NCBI GenBank assembly: GCA_965204745.1
Contig: OZ242010.1
Coordinates: 1,664,001-1,728,000 of the forward strand
Length of the DNA stretch: 64,000 nucleotides
From: Candidatus Latescibacterota bacterium
GTDB lineage: Bacteria > Latescibacterota > UBA2968
Direction of reading: 5' to 3'
Position 1 is the stretch's first letter. Every line of letters starts with the position of its first letter. Below are positions 30,674 through 41,683 of the stretch, one piece after another. Below the pieces are notes generated by a model, which did no database searches, had not been told where the DNA came from, and saw only the letters and a program-made list of their open reading frames with translations. Position numbers and translations under genes: made by a program.

Positions 30674-30792
30674 GAGAAACTCCTCTCGATCAAGCCTGAC
30701 ACAATTCCAATTTTTGAAATATAATGTCGAAGCACGTAATATCAAGTGTCAAATTATCCGACAAAATGCACAGGTGCGTCCGCGTTCTCATT

Positions 30793-30820
30793 TTGACATC
30801 ACGCGGCTTTGCCGTATAAT
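30793..30820 (+). promoter_or_regulatory. Sigma70-type promoter
   Basis: TTGACA-N16-TATAAT, 30 bp upstream of the FAD oxidoreductase. Confidence 0.7.
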
Positions 30821-30849
30821 TTGTATTCACAAAAACCGAGGAGGGCACG

Positions 30850-32172
30850 GTGTTGATCCATAGAGAAGCGAAAAGAGACATTCCGATTGTGGAAAACGTG
30901 GATGTCATTGTTTGTGGCGGTGGGCCGGCCGGTGTCGCGGCTGCGATCTCGTGTGCGCGGCAAGGGGCGAAGACGCGATTGATTGAGTTGCACGGTTGCC
31001 TAGGAGGCGTTTGGACGACGGGCGCGCTGAGTTGGATCATCGATTCCGCGGACAAGCCCGGCATCATGGCGGAGATCACGGATCGGCTCGACGCCCGAGA
31101 GGCGCGCAGGCTTCGCGTGCACGGTGGCAAAAACTACGCGTACGATGTGGAAGAGATGAAGTTGCTCCTCGATGAGATGTGCGTCGAGGCGGGGGTCGAA
31201 ATTCGGTTGTTGACGCGCGTGGTCGGCGCGGCGCGTGACAGCGAGAATAGACTTTCAGTCGCGATCACAGAGTCCAAAACCGGGCGAGAAGCGTGGCACG
31301 CATCGGCTTTTATCGACGCGACAGGTGACGGTGATCTCGGAGCACTTTCCGGATGCGGGTTCGATGTCGGTCACCCGGAAACCGGAAATGTCCAGCCGAT
31401 GAGTTTGATGGCGTTGATCGCCGGGTTGCAGTTCGATCAGATCGAACCCTATGTAGGTGGGTCCCTGAAAGAGCCGAAGGAGCGACTCCGCGCGTTGATG
31501 GACGAGATCGGCGTTTCACCTTCTTATGGGCACCCGACATTATTTCGCATCAGGGACGATCTGTTCGCGCTCATGGGCAATCATCAATACGGCGTGAAAT
31601 GCGACGATGCCCAGGCGATCACAGAGGCGACGATCCGCGCGCGTCGAGAGGTTCATACACAAGTGGCTGCCTTGCGCGCCCACGGCGGGGTCTGGGCGAC
31701 GATGCGCGTGGTGTCAACGGGCGCGCAGATCGGCATTCGGGAAGGGCGGCGGATTCGCGGACGATATGAGGTGACTGGGGAGGATATCCTCCATGGCGCG
31801 CGCTTCGAGGATGCCGTCTGCCGGGTCACGATGGGGATTGACGTACACTCGACCGACCCGACAAAAACGAAGATCGTAGAGGCCAAGCCGCACCGGTCGC
31901 GCCCTTACGACATGCCACTCAGGGCGCTGATCGCGCGCGATGTCGATGGGCTACTCATGGCGGGCCGTTGCATAAGCGGGGATTTTATCGCGCATTCGAG
32001 CTACCGGGTGACGGGAAACGCCGTGGCAATGGGACAGGCCGCCGGCGTTTGTGCCACCAAAGCCGCCCTGTCGGATAGGTTGCCCCATGAAGTCCCGTGG
32101 GGCGAGGTCAAAGCGGATCTCGACGCGATCAATACCTTTACGATAGGGAAATCGTTCGGGACGCTGGATTGA
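30850..32172 (+). CDS. FAD-dependent oxidoreductase
   Basis: DVIVCGGGPAG, FIDATGDGDL, GIREGRRI, LLMAGRCIS, MGQAAG. Confidence 0.9.
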   Translation: MLIHREAKRDIPIVENVDVIVCGGGPAGVAAAISCARQGAKTRLIELHGCLGGVWTTGALSWIIDSADKPGIMAEITDRLDAREARRLRVHGGKNYAYDVEEMKLLLDEMCVEAGVEIRLLTRVVGAARDSENRLSVAITESKTGREAWHASAFIDATGDGDLGALSGCGFDVGHPETGNVQPMSLMALIAGLQFDQIEPYVGGSLKEPKERLRALMDEIGVSPSYGHPTLFRIRDDLFALMGNHQYGVKCDDAQAITEATIRARREVHTQVAALRAHGGVWATMRVVSTGAQIGIREGRRIRGRYEVTGEDILHGARFEDAVCRVTMGIDVHSTDPTKTKIVEAKPHRSRPYDMPLRALIARDVDGLLMAGRCISGDFIAHSSYRVTGNAVAMGQAAGVCATKAALSDRLPHEVPWGEVKADLDAINTFTIGKSFGTLD

Positions 32173-32252
32173 CCATTGAAGAATTTCGCCATCTTTTGCG
32201 GTGATCGAACTGCCGCAAAATCCCAAAGACCAGCGGCACGCCACTTTTCGTC

Positions 32253-32281
32253 TTGACGATTGGCACAAGATATAGTATTAT
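32253..32281 (+). promoter_or_regulatory. Sigma70-type promoter of smc
   Basis: TTGACG-N17-TATTAT. Confidence 0.55.
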
Positions 32282-32469
32282 AGCCCCGTATCACAACCCT
32301 CTCCTCTACTAAATGTAGTTCCCCAACGCTCCCCAAGCGGCTGTTTGTAACTGTCGTTCCCCCGTTTTTCCCCCTCTGTTGGCGCGTCGGCGCCCTAGCC
32401 CTATCCTCTCCCCTTGTTTTTTCGCGCTTCGCGTTCTCAATTCCCCTGTTTTGCGTAGGAGGTCCCGCG

Positions 32470-35400
32470 TTGTATTTGACTCGTTTGCAAGCACTGGGTT
32501 TTAAGTCCTTTGCCCAAAAACTCGATATGCCCTTCCAAAAAGGCATTACCTGTGTCGTGGGGCCAAATGGGTGTGGCAAGTCCAATGTGGTCGATGCGCT
32601 GCGCTGGGCATTGGGCGAACAGCGGCCCCGATCACTGCGGAGTGGCAGCATGGGCGATGTCATTTTTTCTGGGACGCGCTCGCGCAAGCCCTTGGGCATG
32701 GCCGAAGTCTCGCTCACGCTGGACAATTCTCAAAAAGTCTTGCCCACCGAATTTTCAGAAGTGACCCTGACGCGCCGCTTGTTCCGATCCGGCGAGAGCG
32801 ATTACTTGATCAACAAAATTCCGTGTCGCCTGAAAGACATTCAAAACCTGCTGATGGACACCGGGCTGGGCACGCAGTCGTCTTATGTGATCGAACAGGG
32901 CATGGTGGATGAGATCATCAGCGACAATGCCGAAGAACGCCGCCGGTGCTTTGAGGAGGCCGCGGGGGTGACGCGGTATAAAATCCGCCGCAAGTCCGCG
33001 TGGAACCGGCTCATCTCCGTGCGGCAAGACCTGCAAAGGATGGAAGACTGGCTCGGGGAAATCCAACGCCAAGTGTCCTCGCTTCAGCGGCAAGAGCGCA
33101 AGGCCAAGCTGTACAAAGCCCTGTCGGACGAATTGCGCGACCTCGAAATCAAATTGGCGCGCTTCCAATATTTTGAGTTGGCGGACAAAGCCGTGCCCCT
33201 GCGCGAGGAAATGGCTTTTCTCCGAGAAGATGTCGAAATCTCCGAAACCCAGATGACCACCCTCGAAGCCAAGCTCGAGGAAATGCGCGCTGACTTGGCG
33301 GATCGAGACCGGGTGCTCGCCCAAGCCAATGCCGAGATCGCACAGCACGTCGCGCTCGTACATCGCAAAGACCGGGAAATCGGGGTTGCGCGGGAAGAGG
33401 TGCGCGGCATTCGCGCTTTTTTGGAACGCGCAGAACAGCAACAGGTGTCCTTAAAAACGCGGCTTGCCAACGCGCAAAAAGGCCAGAAAACCGCCGAGAA
33501 AGACGGGCGAACCGCCGCGCAACAACTCGAAGCCGCGGAATCGAAACGCGAAGCGGACGCCGCCCATCTCGAAGCGGACACGCGCGACTTGGACGCGCAA
33601 CGCACACAGGTCGATGCACAGAAATCCCAACTGATGAACCTGTTGCGCCAAAGCAACGAGCAGGGCAAACGCCTCGAGCGCATGCAGGCCGAGCGCGAGG
33701 GCATCGCGCAACGGCAGGGGCGGTTGACCAAAGACATCGAGCGCGTGGCTGCGCGTCGCGTCGAGGCCGATGAAATTGCCCGGGGATCCGCCCGACAGAT
33801 CGCGGCGATTGAGGGACAAATTGCCCAACGCGCCGAGGAACGCGCCCGACAGATCGCGGGGCGCGACCGCTGCATTGCCGAGCGCGATGAACGGGTTGAA
33901 GAGCGCAACCGGTTGCGCGCGCGCATCGAAGCGGATCGAGCGCGGGTGGCCCTGCTTCAAAAATTGCGCGAGGGGTTTGAAGGCTATTCCAAGGGGGTGC
34001 GCGCCTTGGCCGTGGATTCGCCATTCTCTGACCGCATCCAAGGCGCGGTGGCAGACATGGTCGCTGTCGCGCCCGAATACGTCACCGCGATTGAAGCCGC
34101 GTTGGGGCGCGCCCTGGAATGTTTGATCGTGCGCGATACCCGCGATGCGAACGCGGCGATTGCGTTTCTCCGGCAGGGCGACCACGGCGCCGCGGCGTTT
34201 TTGCCCCTCGAACGCATCGTCCAAAATGGCGCGCCCTGCGACTTGCCCAATGGCAAGGGCGTCGTGGGTTGGGCGAGCGATTTGTTGGCCCCACAGTGCG
34301 ATGACCACGGCGGTGCCGCCGCGCTGTTGCGCCACACCTTGCTCGTTCAAGACGCGCAGACCGCGCTCGTGTACAGCGATGCGATGCGCGTCAAAGGCGT
34401 TGAGATCGTCACGCTCAGCGGCGAGGTGTTTGCCGCAGATGGCACGGTTTACGGGGGCGCGGATGCGACTTCGGAATCGGGCCTGATCGGCAGGCAGCAA
34501 CAAATTGACGAGCTCCTGTCCGCCATTGCAACTGCACAAACGGAACTCGCGACGCGGGAAACGCAGGTGGCACACGCGAACAACGCGCTGGCGGAACACC
34601 TCGCGCAAATCGAGCAGTGTGACCGCGCCTTGGCGGAGTTGCACAACAGGCGGGCGGGCCTTCAGCGGGATCGGCAAAATGCCGAGGCAGAAGCCAAACG
34701 CCAAGCGAGGGCCGTGACCGAACTCGACGGCGAGACCGCGCAACTGTCCGAGCGCGAAACCGAACTCGCGCACCTCATCGCCCGAGCAACCGGGGCACAA
34801 GGCGCGCTCGATGCCAAGCGCCAAGCGCTTGAAGAAGCGGTTCGCCGTGCCGATGCGGACTTGCGGAACAAGGAAAACCAGCGGCGCGTGTTGCAAGATG
34901 GGGTGGCCGCTGTGCGCGTGACTATCGCTTCCCTGCGCGAGCGCGTGGAGAGCTTGGGCCACGAAGCGGCGCGCCTGTCCCGTGAACAAGGGGCTATCGC
35001 CCGAGAGAGCGAGCGGTTGCGCGGCGAGGCTGACGAGAGCAAAAAGCGCGCACACACGCGCGAGGAGGGCATTCGGGTCGCGACGGGCGAACTCGAGGCG
35101 TTGCACGGGCAACAGACGCAACTCGAGCAAAAGCGCGATGCCCAAGCGCGCGGGCAACACGAGATCGTGATGGCGACGCGCGCGACAGAAGAAAAGTTGC
35201 GGGAAAAGAATCGGCGCACCACGCACCACCGCACGCGCTTGGGCGAACTCGAGGTGGCGATGGCGCGCATGAAAGAGCGCGGCGAGGGGATTATCCAGCG
35301 CGTCAAGCGCGATTACGAGGTCGATATCGCCGAGCAGGGGCGGCTTTCCGATCCGGAATTTGGCGCGGACATGGCCGAGAAAAAGGCGCGGGAACTGCAA

Positions 35401-36081
35401 GAGCGGTTGCGGCGCATGGGGTCTGTGAACTTGGCCGCGCTCGAGGAGTACGAGGTTCAAAAAGAGCGGTTTGAATTTCTCACGCGCCAGCGAGACGATC
35501 TCTTGGAGGCCGAGGAAATCGTCAAGCGCACGATCGCGCGCATCGACCGCACCGCGCGCCAACGCTTTCTCAACACCTTTGGCCGCATTCGGGAGAACTT
35601 CCAGAACACGTTTCAGGAATTTTTTGAAGGCGGCGAAGCGGACCTGACCATGCCCCCGGATGAAGACCCGCTCGAAGCCCCCATCCTGATCACGGCGCGG
35701 CCCTGGGGCAAACGCCTTCAGAGCATCAATCTGCTTTCGGGCGGAGAGCGCGCGCTGACAGCCATTGCCCTGCTTTTCGCCATTTATTTGGTCAAGCCCA
35801 GTCCCTTTTGCGTTCTCGACGAGGTGGATGCCCCCCTCGACGACGCCAATATCGCGCGCTTCGTCAAGGTGATTCAAAAGTTCTCTGCCCAGTCGCAGTT
35901 TATCGTCGTCACGCACAACAAGGGGACGATGGAATTTGGCGAAACCCTGCACGGCGTGACGATGGAAGAACCCGGGGTGTCCCGGCTCGTTTCCGTCAGG
36001 ATGTCTCGAGACAGCGCAGATTCCCTCGATGAGGTCGGCGCGCTGACCGCGCCCGTGGCACAACCCGCGGATGATGATTGA
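32470..36081 (+). CDS. smc: Chromosome segregation protein SMC
   Basis: GFKSF, GPNGCGKSN, coiled coils, hinge (AIEAALG, FLPL), LSGGE, LDEVDAPLD, IVVTH; AGGAGG + TTG start. Confidence 0.97.
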   Translation: MYLTRLQALGFKSFAQKLDMPFQKGITCVVGPNGCGKSNVVDALRWALGEQRPRSLRSGSMGDVIFSGTRSRKPLGMAEVSLTLDNSQKVLPTEFSEVTLTRRLFRSGESDYLINKIPCRLKDIQNLLMDTGLGTQSSYVIEQGMVDEIISDNAEERRRCFEEAAGVTRYKIRRKSAWNRLISVRQDLQRMEDWLGEIQRQVSSLQRQERKAKLYKALSDELRDLEIKLARFQYFELADKAVPLREEMAFLREDVEISETQMTTLEAKLEEMRADLADRDRVLAQANAEIAQHVALVHRKDREIGVAREEVRGIRAFLERAEQQQVSLKTRLANAQKGQKTAEKDGRTAAQQLEAAESKREADAAHLEADTRDLDAQRTQVDAQKSQLMNLLRQSNEQGKRLERMQAEREGIAQRQGRLTKDIERVAARRVEADEIARGSARQIAAIEGQIAQRAEERARQIAGRDRCIAERDERVEERNRLRARIEADRARVALLQKLREGFEGYSKGVRALAVDSPFSDRIQGAVADMVAVAPEYVTAIEAALGRALECLIVRDTRDANAAIAFLRQGDHGAAAFLPLERIVQNGAPCDLPNGKGVVGWASDLLAPQCDDHGGAAALLRHTLLVQDAQTALVYSDAMRVKGVEIVTLSGEVFAADGTVYGGADATSESGLIGRQQQIDELLSAIATAQTELATRETQVAHANNALAEHLAQIEQCDRALAELHNRRAGLQRDRQNAEAEAKRQARAVTELDGETAQLSERETELAHLIARATGAQGALDAKRQALEEAVRRADADLRNKENQRRVLQDGVAAVRVTIASLRERVESLGHEAARLSREQGAIARESERLRGEADESKKRAHTREEGIRVATGELEALHGQQTQLEQKRDAQARGQHEIVMATRATEEKLREKNRRTTHHRTRLGELEVAMARMKERGEGIIQRVKRDYEVDIAEQGRLSDPEFGADMAEKKARELQERLRRMGSVNLAALEEYEVQKERFEFLTRQRDDLLEAEEIVKRTIARIDRTARQRFLNTFGRIRENFQNTFQEFFEGGEADLTMPPDEDPLEAPILITARPWGKRLQSINLLSGGERALTAIALLFAIYLVKPSPFCVLDEVDAPLDDANIARFVKVIQKFSAQSQFIVVTHNKGTMEFGETLHGVTMEEPGVSRLVSVRMSRDSADSLDEVGALTAPVAQPADDD

Positions 36082-36212
36082 TCGGATGAGGGATCATGGA
36101 CAAAGGGCGACGGCGCGTACCGTCGCCCTTTTATTTTTTTGGGAAGCGCGTATATTGTCGGGCCGGAAACAGGAGATCGATGGGTGGAAACCGACCCCTT
36201 TGGAGATTTTCA

Positions 36213-37241
36213 ATGCAAAAACGATTGCGTGCGAAATGCCCGATGAGATGCCCCGTTCTCATCGCGCTCATTTTGTTTTTCGCGTGTGGGCCACGGCCCG
36301 CCGAGATCAAGGTTGCGACTTACAACATCTACTGGCTCGACGATGGGATTTCCGATGCGCGCAAAGCGCGGTTGCAACAGGTGGTGCGCGAACTCGATGC
36401 GGACATCATCGGCTTTCAGGAGATCCGATCAAAGGCCGCACTCGCCCGCATTTTGCCCGACAACTATGCGATTGGCATGATGGATGATCCCGATGCCGTG
36501 CAAGAACTCGCCCTAGCCGTGCGCGCCCCGTTTGAAATCACGGACCTCAAAATGGTATTCCCAGAAAAAGTCCACGACCGCGCATTTCCCCAAACGAACG
36601 ATTTGCTCCAGGCTTATGTCGAGGGATATGGCCGCCGCTTCATCGCGCTGGTTCACCACGCCAAGTCGCGGGCAGGTGGCCGGGCTAAAACCGATGCGCG
36701 CCGGGAAGACAGCGCGAGGATGATCGCGCGCTATCTGTCTAGCCGCGTGAAATACGACCACATTGTGCTACTCGGGGATTTTAATGACAACCCCGATGAC
36801 CGCTCGCTCAATATCCTCGAATCCGGCGACCCAGACGCGCCTGCTGGCATTGATGACGCGCCCGATGCGTTCCTCTACAACACGTCCGAAGCTTTGTTGG
36901 AACGCGACTATTGCTCGCACGGATACAATTACCTCTACGGCAAAATCGAAAGCGATTCGTTTGATCCCACAGTGCCGGGCGCGCGCGCCGAGAACAACAA
37001 GTGGCGGGGAAAACCCCACGATTTTCTGCGCGATGTCAAGGTCAAAGCCATCTTGTTCGACCAAATCCTCGTTTCCCAAAACTTGAGGGAACACGTCCAC
37101 GCATCGGGCGTTTTCACCCGTGCGGAAGCCGTTAGAGGCAACCGCTCGCGCATTCGCCTCTCCGGCGATGAGGTCGTTTATACAAACCGCGGCACCTTTG
37201 CTTCGGATCACGTACCCGTATGGACGATTTTGAAATTCTAA
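36213..37241 (+). CDS. Endonuclease/exonuclease/phosphatase family lipoprotein
   Basis: LFFAC lipobox-like, ATYNI, GFQEI, HAKS, GDFND, FDQILVS, SDHVPV; start uncertain (36213 or 36243). Confidence 0.88.
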   Translation: MQKRLRAKCPMRCPVLIALILFFACGPRPAEIKVATYNIYWLDDGISDARKARLQQVVRELDADIIGFQEIRSKAALARILPDNYAIGMMDDPDAVQELALAVRAPFEITDLKMVFPEKVHDRAFPQTNDLLQAYVEGYGRRFIALVHHAKSRAGGRAKTDARREDSARMIARYLSSRVKYDHIVLLGDFNDNPDDRSLNILESGDPDAPAGIDDAPDAFLYNTSEALLERDYCSHGYNYLYGKIESDSFDPTVPGARAENNKWRGKPHDFLRDVKVKAILFDQILVSQNLREHVHASGVFTRAEAVRGNRSRIRLSGDEVVYTNRGTFASDHVPVWTILKF

Positions 37242-37421
37242 AACTTCCATCTCCTCCTCACCTCCCTTTTGTGCCTTTGAACTGGCTGTCGCCAGTTGTA
37301 CCCCGCTCGTGCCTTTTGTGCCTTTTGTGGCTAAACTTCCTCCTCACCTCCCTTGCTTTGCCCCCAAAATGCCCTTAAATTCCAAGCCATCCCTCATCCT
37401 ACAAATTGAAAGGACGTCATC

Positions 37422-38819
37422 ATGGACAAACCCAATATCTTGATGCTCATGACCGATCAGCAGCGGTGGGACGCGCTCGGGTGTGTGAGCGACTGGTTGG
37501 AAACGCCCCACATGGATCGCATCGCCGCAGAGGGCATCCGGTTTTCAAATTGCGTGACCAATTCCCCGGTGTGCATCCCAACGCGCTTGAGCCTGGCCAC
37601 CGGGCACTATCCGCACAACACGGCCGTGTGGGACAACCAGGACCACACCTTGTCGCCCGATTGCCCGACGTGGATGCAAGCCGTGCGCCGCGCCGGGTAT
37701 CGCACGAGCGCGTTTGGCAAAACCCACCTCCACCCGCACAGCGGCGACCTGCGCGAGCGCGAACACCTCCTGCGCGCTTATGGGTTGGACGACATAGATG
37801 AAATCGGCGGCCCTCGCGCGAGTACGCGATGCCTGTCGCACATGACCGCGATGTGGGACGCAAAGGGCTTGTGGCAAGCGTACAAAGCCGATTTTGCCGA
37901 CCGCTTTGGCAACAAGCCCTGGGTTGCGCGCCCGTCTGTCTTGCCCCTCGAAGATTACGCGGATGTGTACGTGGGGCAACGGGCGAAGAACTATTTGGCG
38001 GGGTACGACCGAGATCAGCCCTGGTTTTGCTGGGTGAGTTTTGGCGGCCCGCACGAGCCGTGGGACACGCCCGAACCCTATCACAGCCGGTATCGTCCCG
38101 AAGACATGCCCGATCCCGTCGCCGCGCCCGGGGATGACCGCGACCGAGCACGCGGGTTGTTAGACGCGAAAAAGCCCGTGCCCTTTGAACCCGGGGAAGA
38201 GAAATTGTTGCGCGCCAATTACGCGGGCAATGTCACCTTGATAGACGATCAGATCGGCGAGATTTTCGCCATCATTGAACAGCGCGGCGAAATGGAGAAC
38301 ACCATCGTCGTTTTGATGTCCGATCACGGCGAGATGAATGGCGACTACGGCTTTATTTACAAGAGCAATCTCCTCGATGGCGCGGTGCGCGTGCCCCTGC
38401 TCATCCGCACGCCGGACACAGTGGGCAGCTCAGTGGCCGGGCAAGTGTGCGACAGCCCCATCGAGTGGTTCGACGTCGGCCCCACCCTAGTCGAACTCGC
38501 AGGCGGCGAATTGGATCACAGGCAATTCGCAAAATCGGCCTGCCCCGTGCTCGACGACCCGACGTGCGAACACCGCACAGAAGCCATCTCGGAATACAGG
38601 GGCGAGATCATGTTGCTCGACCGCGAATGGAAAATCGTCCTAAACCGCCAGGCCCAACCCTACTTGCTGTTCAACGTGCAAGACGATCCGCAAGAGGTGA
38701 ATAACCTCGCGGGCCTGCCCGAAATGGCCGCTCTCGAAGACCACCTGCGCCTCTCTATCCTCGACCGCATCGCCTCATCCCAAGCCCTCTCCGGCGCACA
38801 CTTCGCGCTGGGAACGTGA
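37422..38819 (+). CDS. Sulfatase
   Basis: KPNILMLMTDQQR, CIPTR, GKTH, GPHEPWD, SDHGE. Confidence 0.93.
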   Translation: MDKPNILMLMTDQQRWDALGCVSDWLETPHMDRIAAEGIRFSNCVTNSPVCIPTRLSLATGHYPHNTAVWDNQDHTLSPDCPTWMQAVRRAGYRTSAFGKTHLHPHSGDLREREHLLRAYGLDDIDEIGGPRASTRCLSHMTAMWDAKGLWQAYKADFADRFGNKPWVARPSVLPLEDYADVYVGQRAKNYLAGYDRDQPWFCWVSFGGPHEPWDTPEPYHSRYRPEDMPDPVAAPGDDRDRARGLLDAKKPVPFEPGEEKLLRANYAGNVTLIDDQIGEIFAIIEQRGEMENTIVVLMSDHGEMNGDYGFIYKSNLLDGAVRVPLLIRTPDTVGSSVAGQVCDSPIEWFDVGPTLVELAGGELDHRQFAKSACPVLDDPTCEHRTEAISEYRGEIMLLDREWKIVLNRQAQPYLLFNVQDDPQEVNNLAGLPEMAALEDHLRLSILDRIASSQALSGAHFALGT

Positions 38820-39017
38820 AGAGGCGTAAGGCGTAAGAGGTAAGACGTAAGAAGGCCACCCAAAAAGGCAGTTGTCAGTTGTCAGTTGTCAGTTGTCAGT
38901 CCCCGCCTCCGCCCTGCCGCCATTCGTCATTCCGGCGCACGCGCAAGCATAACGCAAGTAATCACGATCAAAAAAGCATATCGGACAACGCCCATATCTA
39001 CCCGAAGAGGATATCCC

Positions 39018-40511
39018 ATGTTCCAAACCAAACCCCACATCATCTTCATCATCACGGACCAACAGCGGTTCGACACCCTCCGCGCTTGGGGATGCGATTA
39101 CATGGTCACGCCGACGCTGGATCGGCTGGCCGGCGAGAGCATCTCGTTTCGGCAGGCGTATTGCCCGGGCGCGACTTGCGTGGCGTCTCGCGCAGCCATT
39201 TTCACCGGCATGTACCCGCACACCACCGGCGTTTACAGCTTTGACCATTGGGCGAATCATCGCAACTGGGTGCAAAATTTGGCGGACGCGGGCTATTACT
39301 GCGTCAACATCGGCAAAATGCACATGACCCCACGCGACATCCCCGGCGGGTTTCACGAGCGCGTCATTGTGGAAAACCCCACCAACAAGGCCCTGCAAAC
39401 CGGCGGCGCAGACGACGATTGGGGCAGGTACATGACCTTCCACGGCATCACCCGGCCCAATGATCGCAACAAGGCAGATCCCGAATGGCTCAACAAATGC
39501 CAAGGCGTAGTGTGGCACGAACACGAGCGGTTTCACAGCGACGTGTTTATCGGCAACTCGGCCTTGAACTGGATTCGCAACCATCGCGGCGACAAGCCCC
39601 TGTTTCTGCAAATCGGCTTTACCGGGCCGCACGAGCCATGGGATCCCCTGCCTCGGCATTTGGACTTGTACCGCGACAAACCCATGCCCCCATGCGTGAT
39701 GCGCGAAGGCGAGTTGCGCGACAAACCGCCCCAACACTTGGCGCACCTCGACATACACGCGACCTCAGATCACGAATCGCAAATCGACCTGCGCGGGCGC
39801 ACCGATGCCGAACTCGCAGAGATGAAACGCCATTACTACGGCAATATTTCCACAGTCGATGAAAAACTCGGTGAAATTTTGGATGCCCTGCAAGAACGCG
39901 ACTATTTGGCGAACAGCTTGTTGATCTTCTGTTCGGATCACGGCGAATTGTTGGGCGATCACGGCTTGGCTTACAAGTGGTTGATGTACGACCCCATCGT
40001 GCATATTCCCCTGATGATTCGCACGCCCGAGTCCATCCATCACCCCCGCGAGACGCACGATTTGGTCTCTCTGATGGATTTGGGGCCGACAATTCTCAAT
40101 GCCGCGGGCATACCCGTGCCGACCTATTTGGAAGGCCGATCCCTCATGCCGTATTTGAACGACCAAGACCCAGCGCCGCGCAAATACGTTTTCTGCGAGG
40201 ACAACTACCAGATCATGATGCGTTCAAAAACGCACAAGGTGGTGTATTACATCGGGCAAGCAGAAGGCGAGTTGTACGACCTCAACGCGGATCCGCACGA
40301 GTTGTGGAACAGGTGGGACGCACCCCACTACGCCGCCATCAAAAACGAGATGCTCGCGGACTTGCTGGCATGGATGGCGACGAGCAACTACTACAATGCC
40401 GGCTACAAACGCCAACGCAACCAACAATACGCCATGCGCTGGCCCACCCAAACCGACGCGTACCTCCACGGACGCAAATCCCACCCCAAACCCCGAACCG
40501 TGGATTTATAG
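39018..40511 (+). CDS. Sulfatase
   Basis: ATG 39018: KPHIIFIITDQQR, CVASR, GKMH, GPHEPWD, SDHGELLGDHG. Confidence 0.93.
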   Translation: MFQTKPHIIFIITDQQRFDTLRAWGCDYMVTPTLDRLAGESISFRQAYCPGATCVASRAAIFTGMYPHTTGVYSFDHWANHRNWVQNLADAGYYCVNIGKMHMTPRDIPGGFHERVIVENPTNKALQTGGADDDWGRYMTFHGITRPNDRNKADPEWLNKCQGVVWHEHERFHSDVFIGNSALNWIRNHRGDKPLFLQIGFTGPHEPWDPLPRHLDLYRDKPMPPCVMREGELRDKPPQHLAHLDIHATSDHESQIDLRGRTDAELAEMKRHYYGNISTVDEKLGEILDALQERDYLANSLLIFCSDHGELLGDHGLAYKWLMYDPIVHIPLMIRTPESIHHPRETHDLVSLMDLGPTILNAAGIPVPTYLEGRSLMPYLNDQDPAPRKYVFCEDNYQIMMRSKTHKVVYYIGQAEGELYDLNADPHELWNRWDAPHYAAIKNEMLADLLAWMATSNYYNAGYKRQRNQQYAMRWPTQTDAYLHGRKSHPKPRTVDL

Positions 40512-40553
40512 CCGAACTTCCGCTTCCTTGGGGTATGGTGTTATTGAACGAGC

Positions 40554-41399
40554 ATGGGACGATATATTGCCAAAATTAAAAGCTGTCGCGGTTGCGCCAT
40601 TTTTGTGTGCGCGTGTTTTTTTTTGGCGTGCAATCAAACGGCTACGCCGCCGATTCCGGGGGCCGATTCCTCGGCGTCTGAATCCGCGCTCCCGGCGGTT
40701 TATTCATATCTCGTCGTCAATACTTATTTGCACGATCCCAATGCGTTTACCCAAGGGCTGGTTTTTGAGGATGGGATTTTTTACGAGGGCACTGGGCAGT
40801 ACGGTGCGTCTGGTATTCGCAAGGTCGCGCCGGCGACGGGCGAGGTTTTGGCGGAAAAACGCCTATCCGAGCAGTATTTTGGCGAGGGTATCGCGGTTTT
40901 TGGCGACCGGTTGTACCAACTCACCTGGAAGGCGGGGATATGTTTTGTGTACGACAAGAACACGTTTGCCTTGCAGACCCAATTTTCCTATCCCACAGAG
41001 GGATGGGGGCTGACGCACGACGGGGAAAAGTTGCTGATGAGCGATGGCACGAATATCATTTATTTTCGGCATCCGGACACGTTTCAAGAAATGGGCCGCA
41101 TCGAAGTGACCGACATCGCGGGGCCGGTGCATTATCTCAATGAACTCGAATATATCGAAGGACAGTTGTTCGCCAATGTGTGGCGAACGGACCGCATCGC
41201 TCGCATCGATCCCAAAACGGGCGCGGTCACGGGATGGATCGATCTCACGGGTCTTCTGCCGGCGGCGGATCGCTCGCAATACCGCGTGGATGTGCTGAAC
41301 GGCATTGCGTACGACGCACGGGCGGATCGCCTGTTTGTCACGGGCAAGTGGTGGCCCAAGGTGTTTGAGATTCGACTCGATAAACGCAGAGGCAGGTAG
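40554..41399 (+). CDS. Glutaminyl-peptide cyclotransferase (beta-propeller type), lipoprotein
   Basis: HDPNAFTQGL, EGTGQYG, FGEGI, QLTW, EGWGLT, LNELEY, VLNGIA, TGKWWP; FFLAC lipobox. Confidence 0.93.
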   Translation: MGRYIAKIKSCRGCAIFVCACFFLACNQTATPPIPGADSSASESALPAVYSYLVVNTYLHDPNAFTQGLVFEDGIFYEGTGQYGASGIRKVAPATGEVLAEKRLSEQYFGEGIAVFGDRLYQLTWKAGICFVYDKNTFALQTQFSYPTEGWGLTHDGEKLLMSDGTNIIYFRHPDTFQEMGRIEVTDIAGPVHYLNELEYIEGQLFANVWRTDRIARIDPKTGAVTGWIDLTGLLPAADRSQYRVDVLNGIAYDARADRLFVTGKWWPKVFEIRLDKRRGR

Positions 41400-41432
41400 G
41401 GGTGGCGGGGCGGACTGACAACTGGCTACTGA

Positions 41433-41501
41433 CAATGCGAATTAAGAGTTGAAAGCGAGTAAGAAGCAAGACCGCACCCCATCATCCAAAGACATGAACG
41501 A
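41433..41501 (+). repeat. IS-end-like repeat, copy 2 (inverted relative to 48478-48546)
   Basis: CAATGCGAATTAAGAGTTGAAAGCGAGTAAGAAGCAAG...ATCATCCAAAGACATGAACGAG. Confidence 0.75.
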
Positions 41502-41683
41502 GGTTCTGTTGACATTTTGTTTTAGAGCGATGAGCGTGCCCGCAAAATAGAGAAAGCCTCGATCCTCACCGCGCCACTCAACCGCCCGTGCGTGCCCATC
41601 CGCGCCGCCCAACCGTGTCTGAATCGCGGATTAAACGGATTAAGGGATTGCGCGGATTACCCCACACCACCCTACCGCCATAG

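Noticed and set aside
33451-36063. 870-aa minus-strand ORF, and similar long ORFs at 54377-56011, 48599-49858, 1475-2833, 9930-10940 and 25069-26130
   Set aside because: Antisense shadows of well-supported genes in GC-rich DNA, with no recognisable motifs
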